A program made the position numbers and the translations under genes. DNA of 64,000 bases, taken from positions 6,677 through 70,676 of the forward strand of contig DAITAA010000007.1 in assembly GCA_036824505.1 (NCBI GenBank), given 5' to 3'. Origin of the DNA: Steroidobacteraceae bacterium. Lineage in GTDB: Bacteria > Pseudomonadota > Gammaproteobacteria > Steroidobacterales > Steroidobacteraceae. Below the pieces are notes generated by a model. The model made no database searches. It saw only the letters and a program-made list of their open reading frames with translations, and had not been told where the DNA came from. Positions 62,871 to 64,000 of the stretch are shown here, piece by piece (position 1 is the first letter of the stretch; each line of letters opens with the position of its first letter).

Positions 62871-64000
62871 ATGGACGCTGAGGCTCCCCGGTTACCGGTG
62901 TTTGATCGACGGCGCGCCGGCGTGCTGCTTCATCCCACGGCGCTGCCGGGGGAGCGCGGCGCCTTCGGGGCGGCGGGGCGCGCGTTTGTCGACTGGCTAT
63001 CCAGCGGCGGTTTCTCGGTCTGGCAGGTGCTGCCGCTTGGCCCGGTCACGGAGAGCCGGTCACCGTACTGGACACGCTCCGATTTCGCATTGGATGCACA
63101 GTTCATCGACCACAGTGAGACTGTCGATCCGCAGCAGCAGCGTGGCGCATTCGAAGCGTTCCGCGAGGGCAATGCAGACTGGCTCGAGGACTATGCGCTG
63201 TTCGTGGCGCTGGGCGAGGACTGCGGCGGAGTGGCCTGGTGGGACTGGCCGGCGCCGCTGCGGTATCGGAAACGCACCGCGCTTGAGTCCGCGTGCCGGC
63301 GGCTGGCGCCGCGCCTGGACCAGCTTCGCACCGAACAATGGCAAGCCGCAAGGCAGCTCGCGGCGTTGCGCGAATATGCGCAACAGCGCGAGGTGCGCCT
63401 GTTCGGCGATCTGCCGTTCTATGTGGCGCCGGATTCGGCGACCACCTGGGCCCACCAGGAGCAACTGCAGCTGGCTGCGACTGGCAGGCCCGCGCTTCTC
63501 GCGGGCGTGCCACCGGACTATTTCTCCCCGGACGGTCAGCTGTGGGGCTACCCGCTATATGACTGGAACCAGGCGCAACGCGATCATTTTGCTTTCTGGC
63601 GCATGCGGCTGCGGGTGCAGCTCCGGCTCTTCGACGTGTTGCGCATCGATCATTTCCGGGGTCTGGTCGATTACTGGGCCGTGCCGGCGGACGCCGCCAA
63701 CGCGCGCAACGGTGCCTGGCATGCGGCGCCGGGCCGCGCCTTGCTCGAGACAGTCAGGCACGACTGGCCGGATTTGCCGTTCGTAGCGGAGGACCTGGGC
63801 GACATCACCAAGGCAGTCGAGGCGCTGCGCCGCGAATTCGGGTTGCCGGGCATGCGCGTGCTGCAGTTCGCATTCGATGGTTCGCCCGGCAATCCGCACC
63901 TGCCGCACCAGATCCAGCGCGACGCGGTGGTCTATACGGGTACACATGACAATGACACGACTCTCGGCTGGTATCGCGCGCTTGATCACGCAGCGCGTCA
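62871..64000 (+). CDS. malQ: 4-alpha-glucanotransferase (amylomaltase, GH77), 3' end outside window
   Basis: This gene is not in the ORF track because it runs off the window. I translated from ATG 62871 by hand: MDAEAPRLPVFDRRRAGVLLHPTALPGERGAFGAAGRAFVDWLSSGGFSVWQVLPLGPV..SPYW... and near the end ..VVYTGTHDNDTTLGWY.., both classic MalQ blocks. Confidence 0.85.
   Translation, partial: MDAEAPRLPVFDRRRAGVLLHPTALPGERGAFGAAGRAFVDWLSSGGFSVWQVLPLGPVTESRSPYWTRSDFALDAQFIDHSETVDPQQQRGAFEAFREGNADWLEDYALFVALGEDCGGVAWWDWPAPLRYRKRTALESACRRLAPRLDQLRTEQWQAARQLAALREYAQQREVRLFGDLPFYVAPDSATTWAHQEQLQLAATGRPALLAGVPPDYFSPDGQLWGYPLYDWNQAQRDHFAFWRMRLRVQLRLFDVLRIDHFRGLVDYWAVPADAANARNGAWHAAPGRALLETVRHDWPDLPFVAEDLGDITKAVEALRREFGLPGMRVLQFAFDGSPGNPHLPHQIQRDAVVYTGTHDNDTTLGWYRALDHAAR

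Noticed and set aside
62902-63786. 294-aa plus-strand ORF in the track
   Set aside because: It is in the wrong frame. Hand translation of the frame starting at ATG 62871 gives textbook MalQ motifs, while the listed ORF is Arg-rich nonsense.

Overview
This is a high-GC, gene-dense chromosomal segment from a Gram-negative bacterium, shown by TonB-dependent receptors, lipoprotein and Sec signal peptides, and many 4-nt start/stop overlaps. I saw no rRNA, tRNA or CRISPR array. About 45 protein genes are supportable.

Gene content, in order:
- 1-5.8 kb: housekeeping genes (aldehyde dehydrogenase 3' end, aguB, a DnaQ/GIY-YIG nuclease, rlmL, glk).
- 5.8-20 kb: an alpha-glucan block. It holds GH97-glk, a TonB-dependent receptor, a GH13-esterase fusion, xylFGH-type ABC genes and an SGNH-GH16 fusion. 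A RAYT-like Y1 transposase flanked by G-rich inverted repeats interrupts it.
- 20.2-39.2 kb: a 12-gene minus-strand operon, largely translationally coupled. It interleaves beta-glucan enzymes and transporters (Oar-type TBDR, GH3, PF10091/GH144-like, MFS, GH31, GH16-CBM) with non-CAZyme tailoring or redox genes (bicupin, ROK kinase, TPR-sulfotransferase, PhyH dioxygenase, cytochrome b561, di-iron hydroxylase).
- 39.4-48.7 kb: a divergent GntR-controlled CUT1-type ABC operon with a second PhyH and a Gfo/Idh/MocA oxidoreductase embedded in it, followed by a compositionally foreign GH3.
- 48.7-54.8 kb: a maltodextrin module (GH13 alpha-glucosidase, SLC45-like MFS, lipoprotein alpha-amylase, LacI regulator).
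- 55-64 kb: a glycogen cluster (glgP, glgB, glgC-GH57-malQ).

The most interesting signal is the long operon, and its ABC counterpart, that hard-wire Fe/2OG, heme-b, di-iron and PAPS-dependent enzymes into glucan utilisation. Other signals are two esterase-glycosidase fusions, a REP/RAYT-like unit that rewrote a gene's 3' end, and two candidate operator families.

All functional calls come from reading the translations and recognising motifs. No database search was possible.
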